From Gekko japonicus (taxonomy: Eukaryota), in assembly GCF_001447785.1 (NCBI RefSeq), contig NW_015170905.1:866436-930435 (forward strand): a stretch of DNA of 64,000 nt, read 5' to 3'. The notes beneath the pieces were generated by a model. That model was given only the letters and a program-made list of their open reading frames with translations. It had not been told where the DNA came from and searched no databases. Shown here piece by piece: positions 50,013 to 62,574 of the stretch (positions are counted from its first letter, which is position 1; every line of letters begins with the position of its first letter). The position numbers and the translations under genes were made by a program.

Positions 50013-51459
50013 TGCATACAAAACATTTAAAAAACCAATTAGGAAGGAGGGCTCATTGAAGGAATGCCAAACAAAACAGAAAAGTCTTTGCCCACTGGTG
50101 GAATTCACAGCAGAAGGGGACAGACAAATCTCTCTGGGGAGAGAGTTTAGAGTTTTGGTGCCATGACTGAGAGGGCCTTCCCTGGGTTGCCACCCACCTA
50201 ATTTCACAAGGCAAGAACACTTGAATCAGGGCCTGAGAAGATTACTGTAAAGGTCAAGTGGGTTTATAAGAGATTAAGCAGTTCTTCAGGTATGTTGGTC
50301 CCAAACCAAATATGGTTTTGAAGGTCACAATTGGCACCTTGAATTGTGCTCAGAAGCAAACTGGGCCAAGACTGGATTGATTTAATCCCTACAAACCACT
50401 CCAGTCAACATTCTGGCTGCAGCATTCTGTACAAATTAAAGTTTCCAAACATGTAGAGTGCATTGCAATAATCTGATCTAAATGCAACCTGGGCATGCAC
50501 CACAGTGGCCAGATATTTTCTGCCCAGGAAGGGCTGCACCTAGCTAACAAGTTGAAGCTGGTAAAAGGCACTCCCGCCCACAGCTGCCATCTGCTTATCC
50601 AGCAGTAAACCTGGATCCAAGAGCACTCCCAGACTACAGACCTCTTCCAGGGTAGTGCAACCCCATCCAGAACAGGGTGACACCTTAAATCCTGAGTCAG
50701 ACCTTCCACCCACCAGTAGCACTTCCATCTTGTCAGGATTCAGTTTATTAGTTTGTATCCACTTCAAAACTGCCTCCAGGCATTGGTTCAGGGTTCCTAC
50801 CGCCTCACAGGGATCAGCTGGAAGCATGAAATAGAGCTAAGTATCATCCATGTATTGGTGAAAGCCCAGCACAAATCTCCTGATGATCTCACTCTGCAAT
50901 TTCATATAGATATTAGAAAATGGGGGACAAGATGGAACCTTGTGGGACACCATAGGCCAAAGGCCAAGGGTCTGAGCAGAAGTCCACCAGCACCACCTTC
51001 TGAAACCTACCCTTAAGGTCATACTGGAACCATTGCAGAACAGTGCCTCCCAATACCAGACCAGATTGGTATTCCAGAAGGATACCATGATTAATGGTAT
51101 CAAACGTCTCTGAGAGAGCCAGGAGAATCAACAGAGTTGTACACCTTCTGTCCATTTCCCAGTGCAAGTCATCCACCAGGGCAACCAAGCCTGACTCAGT
51201 TCCATAACCAGGCCTAAACCCAGACTGGAAGGGGTCTAAATATCTACCAGGCCTAGACAAAGAATCTATGGCACTATACCCTGCTGAAGTCCTCAAACTC
51301 TGTCTACCCCAGTCTATATCCCCAAATCTCCAGGAATTTCACAACCCAGAATTGGCAAACCTAGTTAAAATGATAGTTATTTTCTTGTATCTTCATTTGG
51401 AGGAAGATGCCAGTGACAATAGCAATTAGCTATTTGCAATTAGCAAATTAGAAGATATA

Positions 51460-52560
51460 CAAGTGGAGACCTGCAAGAAACTTGTGGGATGGTTATCTCA
51501 TTTGTCACGCCTTTGCTTCCTCTCCTCACCTCCTACCTCTCTCACACTATTTCTCCTCCATGTATGTGACTTCCTCTCTCTTTCTGACCTGTTATCTTTC
51601 TCTTTGTTTTTCTGCCTCCCCACTTCATCACTCTTTCTCTCTCTTTCTGCCCCCACCCCATTGTTCTTTCTTTCTGCCCCCATCACTCTCCCAACCTCCT
51701 GCCTGCTTCCTCCCCCACTCTGCAGAGCAGCAGCTGCAGTGGTGGCAGTGGTCCTAGCCACCCACCTGCTTCCTCTCCCCCCACAGCAGCAGTGGCAGCG
51801 GTCTGGGAATCACAACGGATCTCCCAGCTACAGAGATCAATTCACCTTAGGGCTGCCAGCTCCAGGTTGGGAAATTCCTGGAGATTTGGGGGTGGAGCCT
51901 TGGGACAGTGAGGCTTGGGGTGGCAAGCAGCCTCAGCAGGGTATGATGCCATATACTCAACCCTCCAAAACAGCCATTTTATCCTGGGGAACTGATCTCT
52001 GTTGCCTGGACAACAGTTGTAATTTTGGGTGATCTCCAGTCCTCACCCAGAGGCTGGCAATGGTGGTTCTCGTGGAGGAAATGGCTGGAGGGTGGAGTCT
52101 ATGACATTACACCAGTCCAAAGTTCCTCCCCTCCCCAAATCCCACCCTCTCCAGGCTCCACCCCTTAAATGTCCAGGAATTTCTCGACCTGGAGTTGGCA
52201 ACCCTATTTCCTTCCCACCCAACAGCCAACCTACCTTTATCTGCCTCTCTGTCTTCTGCTTTCCATCTCCACCCCCCAACCTCTACCTAGGAAAATTACA
52301 GTCTTTCTCCACAGTGGGGACCAAAGCAGCTTTCATTATTCCTTCCTCCTATTTATCTGCACAACAACCCTGTGAGGTTGGTTAGGCTGAAATATGTGAC
52401 TGGTCCAAAATCACGCAGCCAGCTTCCACTGCAAGATGGGGATCTGAACCTGGGTCTTACAGACCCTACTTTGAAGCTCTAACTGCTGCACTTCACTGGC
52501 TTTCATAGGGTGGCTGCTGATGAACGGTAGCAAGCAGCCAAGGCTAAGTGAGTCATGCAA
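51460..52560 (-). mobile_element. Composite repeat with a Helitron-like 3' end, carrying a CORE-SINE fragment and a nested MITE (51848-52206)
   Basis: Minus-strand end cccacaag-tttcttgcagg-tctcca-CTTG|T (hairpin plus CTTG). 52300-52560 is homologous to 62975-63240. Confidence 0.45.
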
Positions 52561-54402
52561 ATCAGGGGGGACTGGGCAACCCTAGACTACTGCCAGGCCA
52601 AGAGTTGCCAACCTCCAAATGGGACCTGGAGACCCCCCCAGAATTACAACTGGACTCTAGACAGCAGAGGTCTGTCTCCATGCAGAAAATGGCTGCTTTG
52701 GAGGGTGGACTCTGTGGCATTATACCCAGTTGAGGCCTCTCCCTTCCCAAATCCAGCCCTCTTTAGAGTCCACCACAAAATCTCTAGAAATCCCCCAGCC
52801 TGGCACTGGCAACTCTTGTGAGGCCTGGCCCCAAGGCTCCCTTCCTCCCTCCCTCCCTGAAAGGCCAACATAGGCCTGGAAAGGGCCCTTCCCCCACCCT
52901 TTTACTGACAAAGCCAGTTAGAAGCCCCCCCCCAACATTCTAATCTCTCACCATTGATGCCTGAAGCAGATCCCTGCAGAGGCCATTTCAAAAGGTTTTG
53001 GGGGGAATTCAGCCATCCCTGAAGGGATTTTTTTTAGTTTTTTTGATTTTTCTACAAACCTGGGAAATCTACTGACTATGTAGGAAAAGCTGTTGGAGGA
53101 GAGTGAGCTCCCTGTTGGTGGAAATAAGTATCCGCACAGAAAAAAAAACTCTGGAAAACAGAATATGGATAAATGAAATAGTATGAAAAAACATCTTTGT
53201 CCAGCATTTGATCAAAGATCATTACAGAAAACGAATATGTAGCATAGTCTGTATAAAGTGAAAGAAAGCAATAAGCTACACTATACAGGATTTAAATATG
53301 AAAGGGGGGTTCTTTACTTTTTTATATTACCTTTGAAGAGCTATGCACTCTTATCTTTTCTGTTTTCTCTTTGGAGTTATTACCATTTCCTATGTAACTG
53401 CAAAACTGAGTTGTCATGAGATTAAATCAGCTATTTAAAGCCACACAGATATCCTGAACTGGCAAAACCAGCTATGCATCAGCTGAGCCCCAACATCAGA
53501 GTATTTTTTTACAGAGGTGTTTAAAAACTCACACTCTAAGAGGGTGTGTTTTTTTTAAACCAGCATAACTGGGAAAGTAATTTTTCTCAACAAACTTGCT
53601 GCAACCTTGACACCCTGATACTAGAGAGGTTTTGTTGTTGTTGTTGTTGTTGTTTTAAGGATGAGGAGAAATATTATATTCTATGCTGTTTGCCTGCACT
53701 TGTTGAATCATTTTATTAAACTGGTATTTTATTTTCCCTGAACATGAAACTGGCAGGTTCTAGAATTCCCTACCCACAAGCCGTCTGCAAAGTTTGCCCT
53801 TTACTGTCACTGAAAGTGTGTCTAGAATAAGCACTTCTCCATCCTCCAGTGGGAATGGTTTCCTGCTGCCAAGTTGAGACAGCAGATGCACTCAAATTAC
53901 AAGGAAAAAAAAACACATACAAGGAAGGAAATACAGTTCTAAATCAGAAATGTTGCTAAAATATATAATGGTTAAGGAAAGAGTATGAGATGAATAATGC
54001 TGACATTAGATCACTTTGAAAGACTCTGGGGCTTCAAATGAGAACCTCAGGGCTGCCATAGATGGTGTATGCTCAAGACTCTGAGATCACCTGACAGACA
54101 GATAACCATGTGCAATATCAACCCCTGTAATTGGTAGGCTGACTGAAACCTCAGGACTGGCAAGGCCTCAAGTAAATACTAGTAATTGGCCTTCTTCCTT
54201 TGTATGGTCAACAGCATAATATTTTATATGCTACTGTTTGGGCTCCAGTTTCTACCCAAAATCACTGTAAAAGTGATTCTAAGCATCCATGTCTATATTA
54301 GGGCATGGCTTCGGCTCCAACACAGTAACACAAGAGGTGCCTGTCCAAACTGACAGTTCTCTGGGATTTTTGGTTCCAGTGTTATTTCTGTACTGTTAGG
54401 AC

Positions 54403-55080
54403 TAGGGATGGGCAGAAACCTCGTCACAAACCTAAGTTTGTGATGAAAATCTCCAGGTCATGGTTTGCAAACTGTAGTTCATGCCCATCCCTATCCATGA
54501 CCCTCCATGTGTTTTCCGGAGGTTCATGGGGCTTGTGGTGGGAAGCAGGGGGGAGCAAGAGGGATCACTGAAATGGCTTGCATCTATTTCAGCCTAACAG
54601 TTGATGGACACACCAGCCCTGCTGTTAGGCTGAAATAGATTCAGTAATCCCTTTCGCTCCCCACACACACTTGGAAGAGAACTCGCCACATGCAGAACCA
54701 GGGGGCAGGTTCTTGGTGCTGGGCAGGACGAGCCTCCCAGCCAGGTCTGTGAGAGACCTCCCCAATGCATGCATATCTGGGGGGTGCAGGAGAAGCCTCC
54801 CATCCTGGTGTGTGTGTGACAGTGAGAGACCTACTTGCTGCATGCAGATCAGGGGGCAGCTTCTCCTGCCTGGTGGTTTAAGCTGCCAGGCGGGAGAAGC
54901 CTCCCAGCCAGGTCTACGTTTGGTGGTGAGAGACCTCCCTGCCACACGCAAATCCTGGGTGCAGCTTCACAAACTTCATGAAATGAACAGGTTTGGTGAA
55001 TAGGAAAACTCATGAAGGTTCATGGTTTGTTTGGCCCTATGAACCAAGAACCTCCATTTTCCTGGGTTGTGCCCATCCCT
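54403..55080. mobile_element. hAT-type MITE (TAGGGATGGGCA family)
   Basis: tagggatgggca...tgcccatccct, with an extra internal tgcccatcccta at 54482-54493. Right flank is a (CCT)n(CTT)n microsatellite. Confidence 0.75.
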
Positions 55081-56083
55081 CCTCCTCCTCCTCCTCCTCT
55101 TCTTCTTCTTCGACCATGTTGTTCAGCCTGCAGTATTAATTTGACCGCTTGTCAAAGTTCATTGCAACCATGATCCTGTTATCAGTTCTGGATAAATCAT
55201 ATTAAGGCCAGATTTCAGAGCAAAATCCTGGTTTCTTAGAGAATCAATATCTAAGCCTCACATTTAGTAGTATGGGAAATATCTCCTTAGGTCATAGGTC
55301 ACCAAGCACATATATTGGGAAGGATGACTGATTAAATAACTAGAAAGGTTTCTTTATGGAAGACGTGTTTGGAGGTTTGGTTTTAAATACATCTCATTAT
55401 TATTATTTTATTCTTCTCTTAAACTTTGCTCTGCCATTTTGTCTTCATGACAATCAAAGACATACCCTTAGATCTTTGTCATTATTATGGATTTAGACTG
55501 AATGCAAAGGAAGATGAAAGAGCAATCAACTTGTTAAATTATTTCTGAATGCTGCAGTTACTAAATCAAATAATCAGTTGCCAAGGGAGATATGTTTTTC
55601 TATAGCTCACCCACCTGTAGCCAAGAAGATAAGATAATAAGGCTGAGAAAGGGAATCTTTGCTGATGTGTACTGTGATTAGAGGCAAATATATAATACAA
55701 ATAAACAATGAAAATACAAATTCTTCTCTCAGAAAAAAAAATGTGCACATGAACACTAACACAGCCCAGAATGATTTGTATTTGTGTGTGTTTTCCATAA
55801 CTCAAACTCTCTTTTGAAGATTATTTCCAAATAATGAAACTGTGTCATTTTCTACCTCAGTACAGGTACAGTATAGTATTGGAAGGTTATCAGTTGTTCA
55901 ACAGCAGAAAAAACAAACTTGCCTCTATATGGCATTACTATAGAAGGGCACATACCCATGGTAGATTAAATGTCTCTCTGAAATGATTGCAATGGACACA
56001 GTATTGAGAAATATTTGTTCATTCAAAAACAAATGAATCCAGTTCCTTATTTTGTTTTCTTATTATATGTAGAAAAAACGTAC

Positions 56084-56095
56084 TTTCACTTGATG
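56084..56095 (-). other. Candidate 12-nt microexon
   Basis: cctgctttattttctttttacag|catcaagtgaaa|gtacgt. Confidence 0.3.
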
Positions 56096-56335
56096 CTGTA
56101 AAAAGAAAATAAAGCAGGTCCTGCTCATGAATTCTTTTGAAAACCATGGTCCTACTGATTTTTTCCCCCTCATCTGCTAAAGAAATGCATCTATGCTGAT
56201 AAAAATTCACCTCTTCATCTCTTTCATCAACAGCATGTGACATGTTCACTGTTCTCAGCATTTGTAGGGACACAGCTGCAGACTGCAGTTGTTCTTTTAA
56301 GAAAATCTGATTATGTATGGAACAAACATTCTTAC

Positions 56336-56479
56336 CTGTGTAACTGTCTAGTACTATTTTTATCTGTGCATCCCATATCTAGCCTGAAGCTGTTGATCCT
56401 ACTGGAAGTAGGACAGAGAAGTAACCTTCTGACATCAAAATGCCAGTCATGTTCATTTTCCAAACATGACTCATGATCC
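56336..56479 (-). CDS. Candidate internal exon (144 nt, phase 2-2) of an unidentified gene
   Basis: Acceptor ttattttgctttcag, donor CAG|GTAAGA. One open frame: DHESCLENEHDWHFDVRRLLLCPTSSRINSFRLDMGCTDKNSTRQLH. Confidence 0.35.
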
Positions 56480-57028
56480 CTGAAAGCAAAATAAGCATTG
56501 AGATAGGGGTTGCTCATGGTAGACAGAGATAAAGGTTCCTTTTTAGGGACACGGGTTTTAATGAATTAAGGAGCTTGATTAATTGGTTCCTCATTTGATT
56601 GAAGATGAAGCAGATTAATTAATCAAAGCTGGCCATCTTGAGATGCATATGGAGAAGTCAGCAGGAGAATGAGCATATGCCCTGTGTGGGTTGGCAAAGT
56701 GAAGGCAAGATGAAACTGAAACCAATGTTATATTTTCTTGCCTGATCATATTTTGTTGTGGTGTGAACTCAAGAAATGCAAATGTTCTGTGCACTGGAAG
56801 TCTGGCTAGTGATGGAAGTGACAGCAGAGCTATAACTCTCCCAAGGGTATGAACAAGCTACAATCAGCTGTAATCAGGGCTATTTCAATATGTATACTGA
56901 AAACTCATGAACTTCTAAACATTTTAAAAAGAATTTTGTTGAAAAGATTCCAGAACACTGTTCCGGCATGTTCCCCCCTAAAAAAGCTCTGGCTGTAGTG
57001 AAATAAAGTTGCATATAATGGTATGGAG

Positions 57029-57480
57029 CAGGGGTCATTTCGTAGAAAAAGAGCTAGGGGAACTCATTAGCATAACTCATTAGCATATGCCACATCCCCT
57101 GACATCACCGGAAGTGTGTCATAAGGACACACCCCCTGACATCACCGGAAATGTGCCATAAGGCCACACACCCCGCCCCCAACGGTCCCGACCGCCACCG
57201 CCGGCCTTGCAGCTCCACTGCCGAGACCCATGAGGGGCCCGGCGGTGGACCTGCAAGGAAGCCCCGCAAAGGCCCTCCCTGGTCCCAGGCAGGCAGGGGT
57301 GGGGAGAGGCAGGGAGGAAGCAACTTATCCTCCCTCTTCTCCTGCCTCCTCCTGGCTGAATGAGGGCCGGAAGCGGGGCGACCGGAAGCAGGGGGTGGGG
57401 CTTCGTCATGTGCCCCGCCCCCCATACCTCACCCGGGGGAACTGTGTTCCCCCGCGTCCCCCCCCCCGAAATGACCTCTG
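57029..57480. mobile_element. hAT-type MITE inserted in a short CR1 fragment (~57005-57580)
   Basis: TIR caggggtcatttcg / cgaaatgacctctg. Perfect TSD gtatggag at 57021-57028 and 57481-57488. Flank encodes CR1-like LFS...RTRNNRLKLNQ..FRLNIRKNF. Confidence 0.9.
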
Positions 57481-58527
57481 GTATGGAGTTGTTTTCTGTT
57501 GCCTCAGTAGGTCGGACCAGAAACAACAGGTTGAAATTAAATCAGAATTGTTTTCGGCTAAACATTAGGAAGAACTTCCACTGTACTTTTGTGATGTGTA
57601 ATTAATGGATTATAGACTTAACTGCAGTCATCTGCCACTACCACTTCCTGCACTTTTTAAAAGACATAATGTTGTTTAAAAATAGCTTGAGGATTTTTGT
57701 TTGAGACTTACTATTCAGATGACTCTGTATGCTTTTCATGTGTACCCATGAACATAGCTAATCTTTTGGTCTGTTTTTGTGGTCATTTCTCAAACAGATG
57801 CAGTTGACTGCACAGTTGTAAAAAACAAGTGATTAAATGTATCTGGTGTCATTCATTTATAGGATGCACCTTGCTGCACAGACCCAGCCATGACTCTTGG
57901 AGATGTGAACCTCATCTCCAGTAAATGAGATGATTTAATTTTGGATGATTTAATTTGTAGACTTGCACATTAATTTTGTTATTAATGTCAATAATTACAA
58001 AAATTGAGGGGTTTCATAAATATCATAATTATTATGGAAATAAAACAAATTCTTTTCCTAAGCAATCTATCATGATTTTAATGATTTAATGATTTTATTT
58101 TATTTTGTTCTGTTTCTTTTTTTGTTTTAGTCTTAAGTGGAAATTTGTTTCATTTTCATATTTCATAATAGCATAGTCAGAGAAAGACAAAGTCATTAAA
58201 GAAAAAAATAAGTTTTGTTTTATTTCTTTGTTTTAGTCTGTCTCTTTCTGACTCTGCTAGTTTCATTTTTACAAAGCAGCCACTGCCAGCATTTTCCTAA
58301 TAAGAGCACAGAGAGAGTACAGGGTTTCTTACCAGTGTCCTCTCTAAGCTGTGTGCATGAGTGGCTGCAGTGCTTACTAACACATGAGGCCCCGCTCCAG
58401 AGCTGCTCAGGGTCTTGCACTGCCCATTGCCCATTTTAAGATTACAACAGTTACATTCTGTTCAGGATGTGAACTGCTCCGCTCATGGGGGGGGGAATAG
58501 AGGGTACATAGGAAGAGAGAGTCTGGG

Positions 58528-59800
58528 CTTTTTTATTTTTATTTTTTTTAATTATTTTCTCCAAATAAGTGTGATACAGAAGGAATGAAGGGGTAGGGGG
58601 GAAATATAAATTCATCAGGTTCATCAGATATTATGAGTTGTTACATACAACAGGTAAAATGTGTTACATAATTTAAATATAGCAGCAGACAATAAAACAT
58701 CAATATTACAGAATTTTGTGATAAATTCTCTCTTTAAAGAATAAACAAGAACTTTCCTAACGTTAGCAATAATCTATTAATGATAAAAGAGATTACAACT
58801 TTAAACACTGAATGAACTTCTATCCTAAAATTAAATCATTCTAAAAATATTGTCTTAATTGTTTATCTACACTTTATTCTTACTAATTATTTAAATACTA
58901 GTGGAATACAGAATAAAATATTGAAAGTATAATCAATATCTACATTCAGATAATTCCAAAACTTTTTTAAAAAGTTTATTATTTCCATATTATGAGTAAT
59001 AAGCTTGCCATTTCTGCTGAAATTCTTTCAGTGGTCTTTTGTTTATATAATTGGTTAGTTTTGCCAATGTTGCATACTCAGCTTGTTTTTCTTTCCAGAT
59101 CTCTATTGTAGGACAGTCTTCTGTCTTCCATTTCATTGCAAATATTATTCTGGCAGCTCTCAACTTACATCGAAGTAGGTTTTGTGAGGTTTTGTCTATA
59201 TATTATCTGGAAGGATTCCCAGTAACATAGTCTCTGGTTTCATCAGAAATTTGGTTTTTAAAATATTTTGAATTTCTTCATGTATATTTTTCCAGTATCT
59301 TTTCATCTTGATGCAATTCTACCACATACAGTAAAAAGAAAATAGTATATTTTTTACATTCCCAACATTGAAACTCTATTTCCTACTGAAATTTTGCATG
59401 CAGGGTTTGACCTGTTCTCCTTCAGAATCATACTGAAGCAATAACTTGTAAATCCATCCTGATAAATGGTCTTTAGATTGTGAGACAAACTTTTCAAAAT
59501 CAATCAGTTCATTAATAAACCCTCTCTTGGTGCAGATATCATTTTTTTTTAATCTGGAAGCAATTTGAAAGTATATCCACCATTGTATCTCCTTTCCTTC
59601 TTTAACCTCTTGCCACATCTTGATGCCCCTTGCGAGTTTATCATATCACTGTAAGTTATAAAATCATTGTTTCTCCTTGTGTAATTGCCATAATAAGAAT
59701 TTATTGGTGACGTTATTAGTGGAATTGTAGGGCTGATTCTCTTTCGTAGCATTTCCTAAATTTTAAATAAGCTATCTCTGATTATATGCATTGCGTCTTG
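58528..59800 (-). mobile_element. L1 3' fragment
   Basis: Minus-strand ORF2 C-terminal remnants (IQWWIYFQIASR, CWEC..., YCMW*NC, AARIIFAMKWK) and a poly(T) tail at ~58530-58550. Confidence 0.8.
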
Positions 59801-59803
59801 GTA

Positions 59804-61207
59804 TCTCTCCCTTATATATAAAGCCATAGTGGGCTCCAACGTTTCAAATGCACACCTTTAGTGTTTGGCCGCAAGAACTGTCAGTCAGAAGACGCTGGCT
59901 GGGTTGACTGGCTGCTTTGTGCAGTCCCGCCCAGCGTTTCAAGGTCTTTTGCATATGGAAGCTGATTGGACTTCACTCCATTCCACACCTCAAACTCCCC
60001 CCCCCAAGGAGGTTGGAATTGTCAGTTGCATATGGAACCTACTGTATTCTGAGGTAAAATATGTCCTCACTCAGAACACATCACTTCCCCTTCAAAAGAA
60101 ACAAACCCAATAACACAGTCATGCCACACCACAAAGACAACAGATCACACCACAAGCAGAATACCACAAGGCAATAAATGATAGGAAAAGGTGCCAGCAG
60201 TCACCCCATTACTGCCACAGAGAGCGCTTCAGAGGATGGTGTGCAGGTCCCAGGTTAATGTTTTAAAAGCTGCCTGGGGATTATGGACCATACACACACT
60301 TTCAACCTCAACATACCTCATAGGGTAGTTGTGTGGATCATACGGGGGAGAGGAGAATGATGTCAGCTACTTTGGTTCCCACTGCAGGGAAAGACTGCCC
60401 TTTCTCTAGGCAAAGGCTNNNNNNNNNNNNNNNNNNNNNNNNNNNNNNNNNNNNNNNNNNNNNNNNNNNNNNNNNNNNNNNNNNNNNNNNNNNNNNNNNN
60501 NNNNNNNNNNNNNNNNNNNNNNNNNNNNNNNNNNNNNNNNNNNNNNNNNNNNNNNNNNNNNNNNNNNNNNNNNNNNNNNNNNNNNNNNNNNNNNNNNNNN
60601 NNNNNNNNNNNNNNNNNNNNNNNNNNNNNNNNNNNNNNNNNNNNNNNNNNNNNNNNNNNNNNNNNNNNNNNNNNNNNNNNNNNNNNNNNNNNNNNNNNNN
60701 NNNNNNNNNNNNNNNNNNNNNNNNNNNNNNNNNNNNNNNNNNNNNNNNNNNNNNNNNNNNNNNNNNNCAGCAGGAGCATCCCTATGGAAGCTGCCTGGGT
60801 GATTTCGGACCAGCCACAGACTTTCTGCCTAACCTACCTTACAGTGTTGCTGTACAGATCGCAAAGCCAAAGAGATTGAGGCACACTGCTTTGCTCCCCG
60901 CTAATGAGAAAGACAGAATTTTGCCTAGAAAGAGGCTGCTGAGAGGGGAGGAGATAAAGTTACCAGCTTTGAGGGGTGGAGCCTGGGTAACAATTGTTGC
61001 CACTCTCCAGGTGAGGGCTAGAGAGCACTCAAAATTACAACTGCTCTTCAGGTAGCACAGATCAGTCCCTCTGGAGAAAACAGTGGACTCTGTCATTATA
61101 CCCTGCTGAGGTCGCCACAGCAAATTGACACTGTTTGCCCAAAGCCAGTGCACTCTCCCAGAGCCTCTTTCTGTTGTATTTATTTCCACAATGGGCCTTA
61201 TTTCTAG
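59804..61207 (+). mobile_element. Putative non-autonomous Helitron carrying SINE/MITE fragments (spans the assembly gap)
   Basis: Start A|TC...tatatataaag. End ctgttgt-N-acaatgg hairpin followed by CTAG|T at 61204-61208. No TSD. Continuity across the N gap cannot be verified. Confidence 0.45.
60419..60767. other. Assembly gap (349 N)
   Basis: Run of n. Confidence 1.
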
Positions 61208-61289
61208 TATATATATAAACAAGAAAGGAGACCCGTGATACTCGTGGGGGTGGGGGGAGGAGAAGCTCCACAGGAGGAGAAGGAGGAGA

Positions 61290-61640
61290 AGGAAGCAGTG
61301 GCAGGTGAGCCTTCTCCCCTGCCCCCCCATCCCCGGCACCCACAGCGAGGCCCGCGCCCCTCCAAGCCTTCTCCCTCCTCCCCCCAGCACCCACAGCGAG
61401 ACGCCTGAGCTGGGCTTGCTGAACTTTCTCCCTCCCCCCTTCCCTAGCAGCGGTGGTGGCGAGGCCTGGCCGACCCACCAAACTTTCTCCCCCCCCCTCT
61501 ACCCCAGCGGCAGCGAGGCCTGAACTGGGCCTGCCAAACTTCCCTCCCTGTGACGTGAGGGCTGAGTGGCTTACAGCTGCCGGCTGGCCAAGCCTTCTCC
61601 CACCCCTCCCCCTCCTTGGTGGCAGTGGTGAAGCCGTTCT
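61290..61640 (+). repeat. GC-rich degenerate minisatellite
   Basis: Recurring units '(c/a)cttctccc..ccccc..cagcg(a)ggcc'. Confidence 0.6.
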
Positions 61641-62282
61641 CAGAGCGTTCCCTGCATCTGCGCTCTTTTACTTTTGGGGGGATTTAAATATCCCCGCATA
61701 TTTTTTCCAAGTTTTCAGATTTTTCTGCACATATGGGGATTGACCCAAATGTGCAGGAAAACCTCCCTGACCCCCCAAGAGCCCCTGATGTGCTGATTTA
61801 GATATCCACATGGAGGGGGCATGTTGGGAATTAGATATATAGATAAATCCACAGATAGCTATGTAGTCCATCATCAAGATTTGAATATTCTAATTGTATC
61901 AATCTTTCACTAGGACTTCTGATCCATTCTGATATTTAAAGTAACCAAACAGCTTGGTAATATAATTTAATATTAGGTACTGCCAGAACACCTCTTTTCT
62001 TCTCACCTTGCAATACTTTAAATCTTATTCTTGACGTCTTGTCTTTCCATACAGACTTATTTATGTGTCTTTGCCAATAACTCAGTCTTTTCAGGAGTTG
62101 AAATTGGGATCATCTGTAACAAAAAGCTTAATTTTGGTAATATATTCATTTTTATAGCAGAAATTCTTCCTAGCCAGGATAGATATAATTTGGACCATCT
62201 TTCAAAATCTTTTTTGTATTTTGGACCAGGTTGTCATGTAGCAAAGGTAAAGGTTGAGGTTTCCCCTGCTCAAAAGCTTTGC

Positions 62283-62328
62283 GTTGCTCTGGCAACGGGG
62301 CTGTTTGGAGCCCCGTTGCCAGAGCAAC
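62283..62328. promoter_or_regulatory. Perfect 20-bp-stem palindrome containing two RFX X-box-like motifs in a CpG-rich patch
   Basis: gttgctctggcaacggggct-gtttgg-agccccgttgccagagcaac. GTTGCTCTGGCAAC fits the X-box consensus. Extra half-site ctagcaac at 62344-62351. Confidence 0.5.
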
Positions 62329-62574
62329 ACTTGGTGTCAAATCCTAGCAACGGTGGGTGCAACGCATCTCGCCGTCCCCGCCGCACAGATTCTGCGAAGA
62401 CATACGATCCCCCACCGCGACTTGGCAACCCTAATTCTGGGAAATCTCCAGGTCCCTGATGGAGGCTGGCAAGCCTAGGCCTGGCAGCAACCAATGGGTA
62501 ACTTGATAGCACCCAAGTTGAATAACTCAAGTAGGTATAACTGCTTGCTACTGTTCAACAGCAGCCACCCTGTG

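Larger units (their letters stand above)
49030..51250 (-). mobile_element. L2-clade LINE 3' half, interrupted by a MITE and a Sauria SINE
   Basis: YLDPFQSGFRPGYGTES, SETFDTINHGILL, YGVPQGSILSP, HQYMDDT and KLNPDKMEVLLV. Confidence 0.85.

Noticed and set aside
55603-55640. Recursive splice site or 4-nt exon (minus: ctacag|gtgg|gtgagc)
   Set aside because: The motif is present but common by chance. Cannot be supported without RNA data.
60333-61055. Long ORFs of 240 and 138 aa
   Set aside because: Artefacts of translating the N gap.
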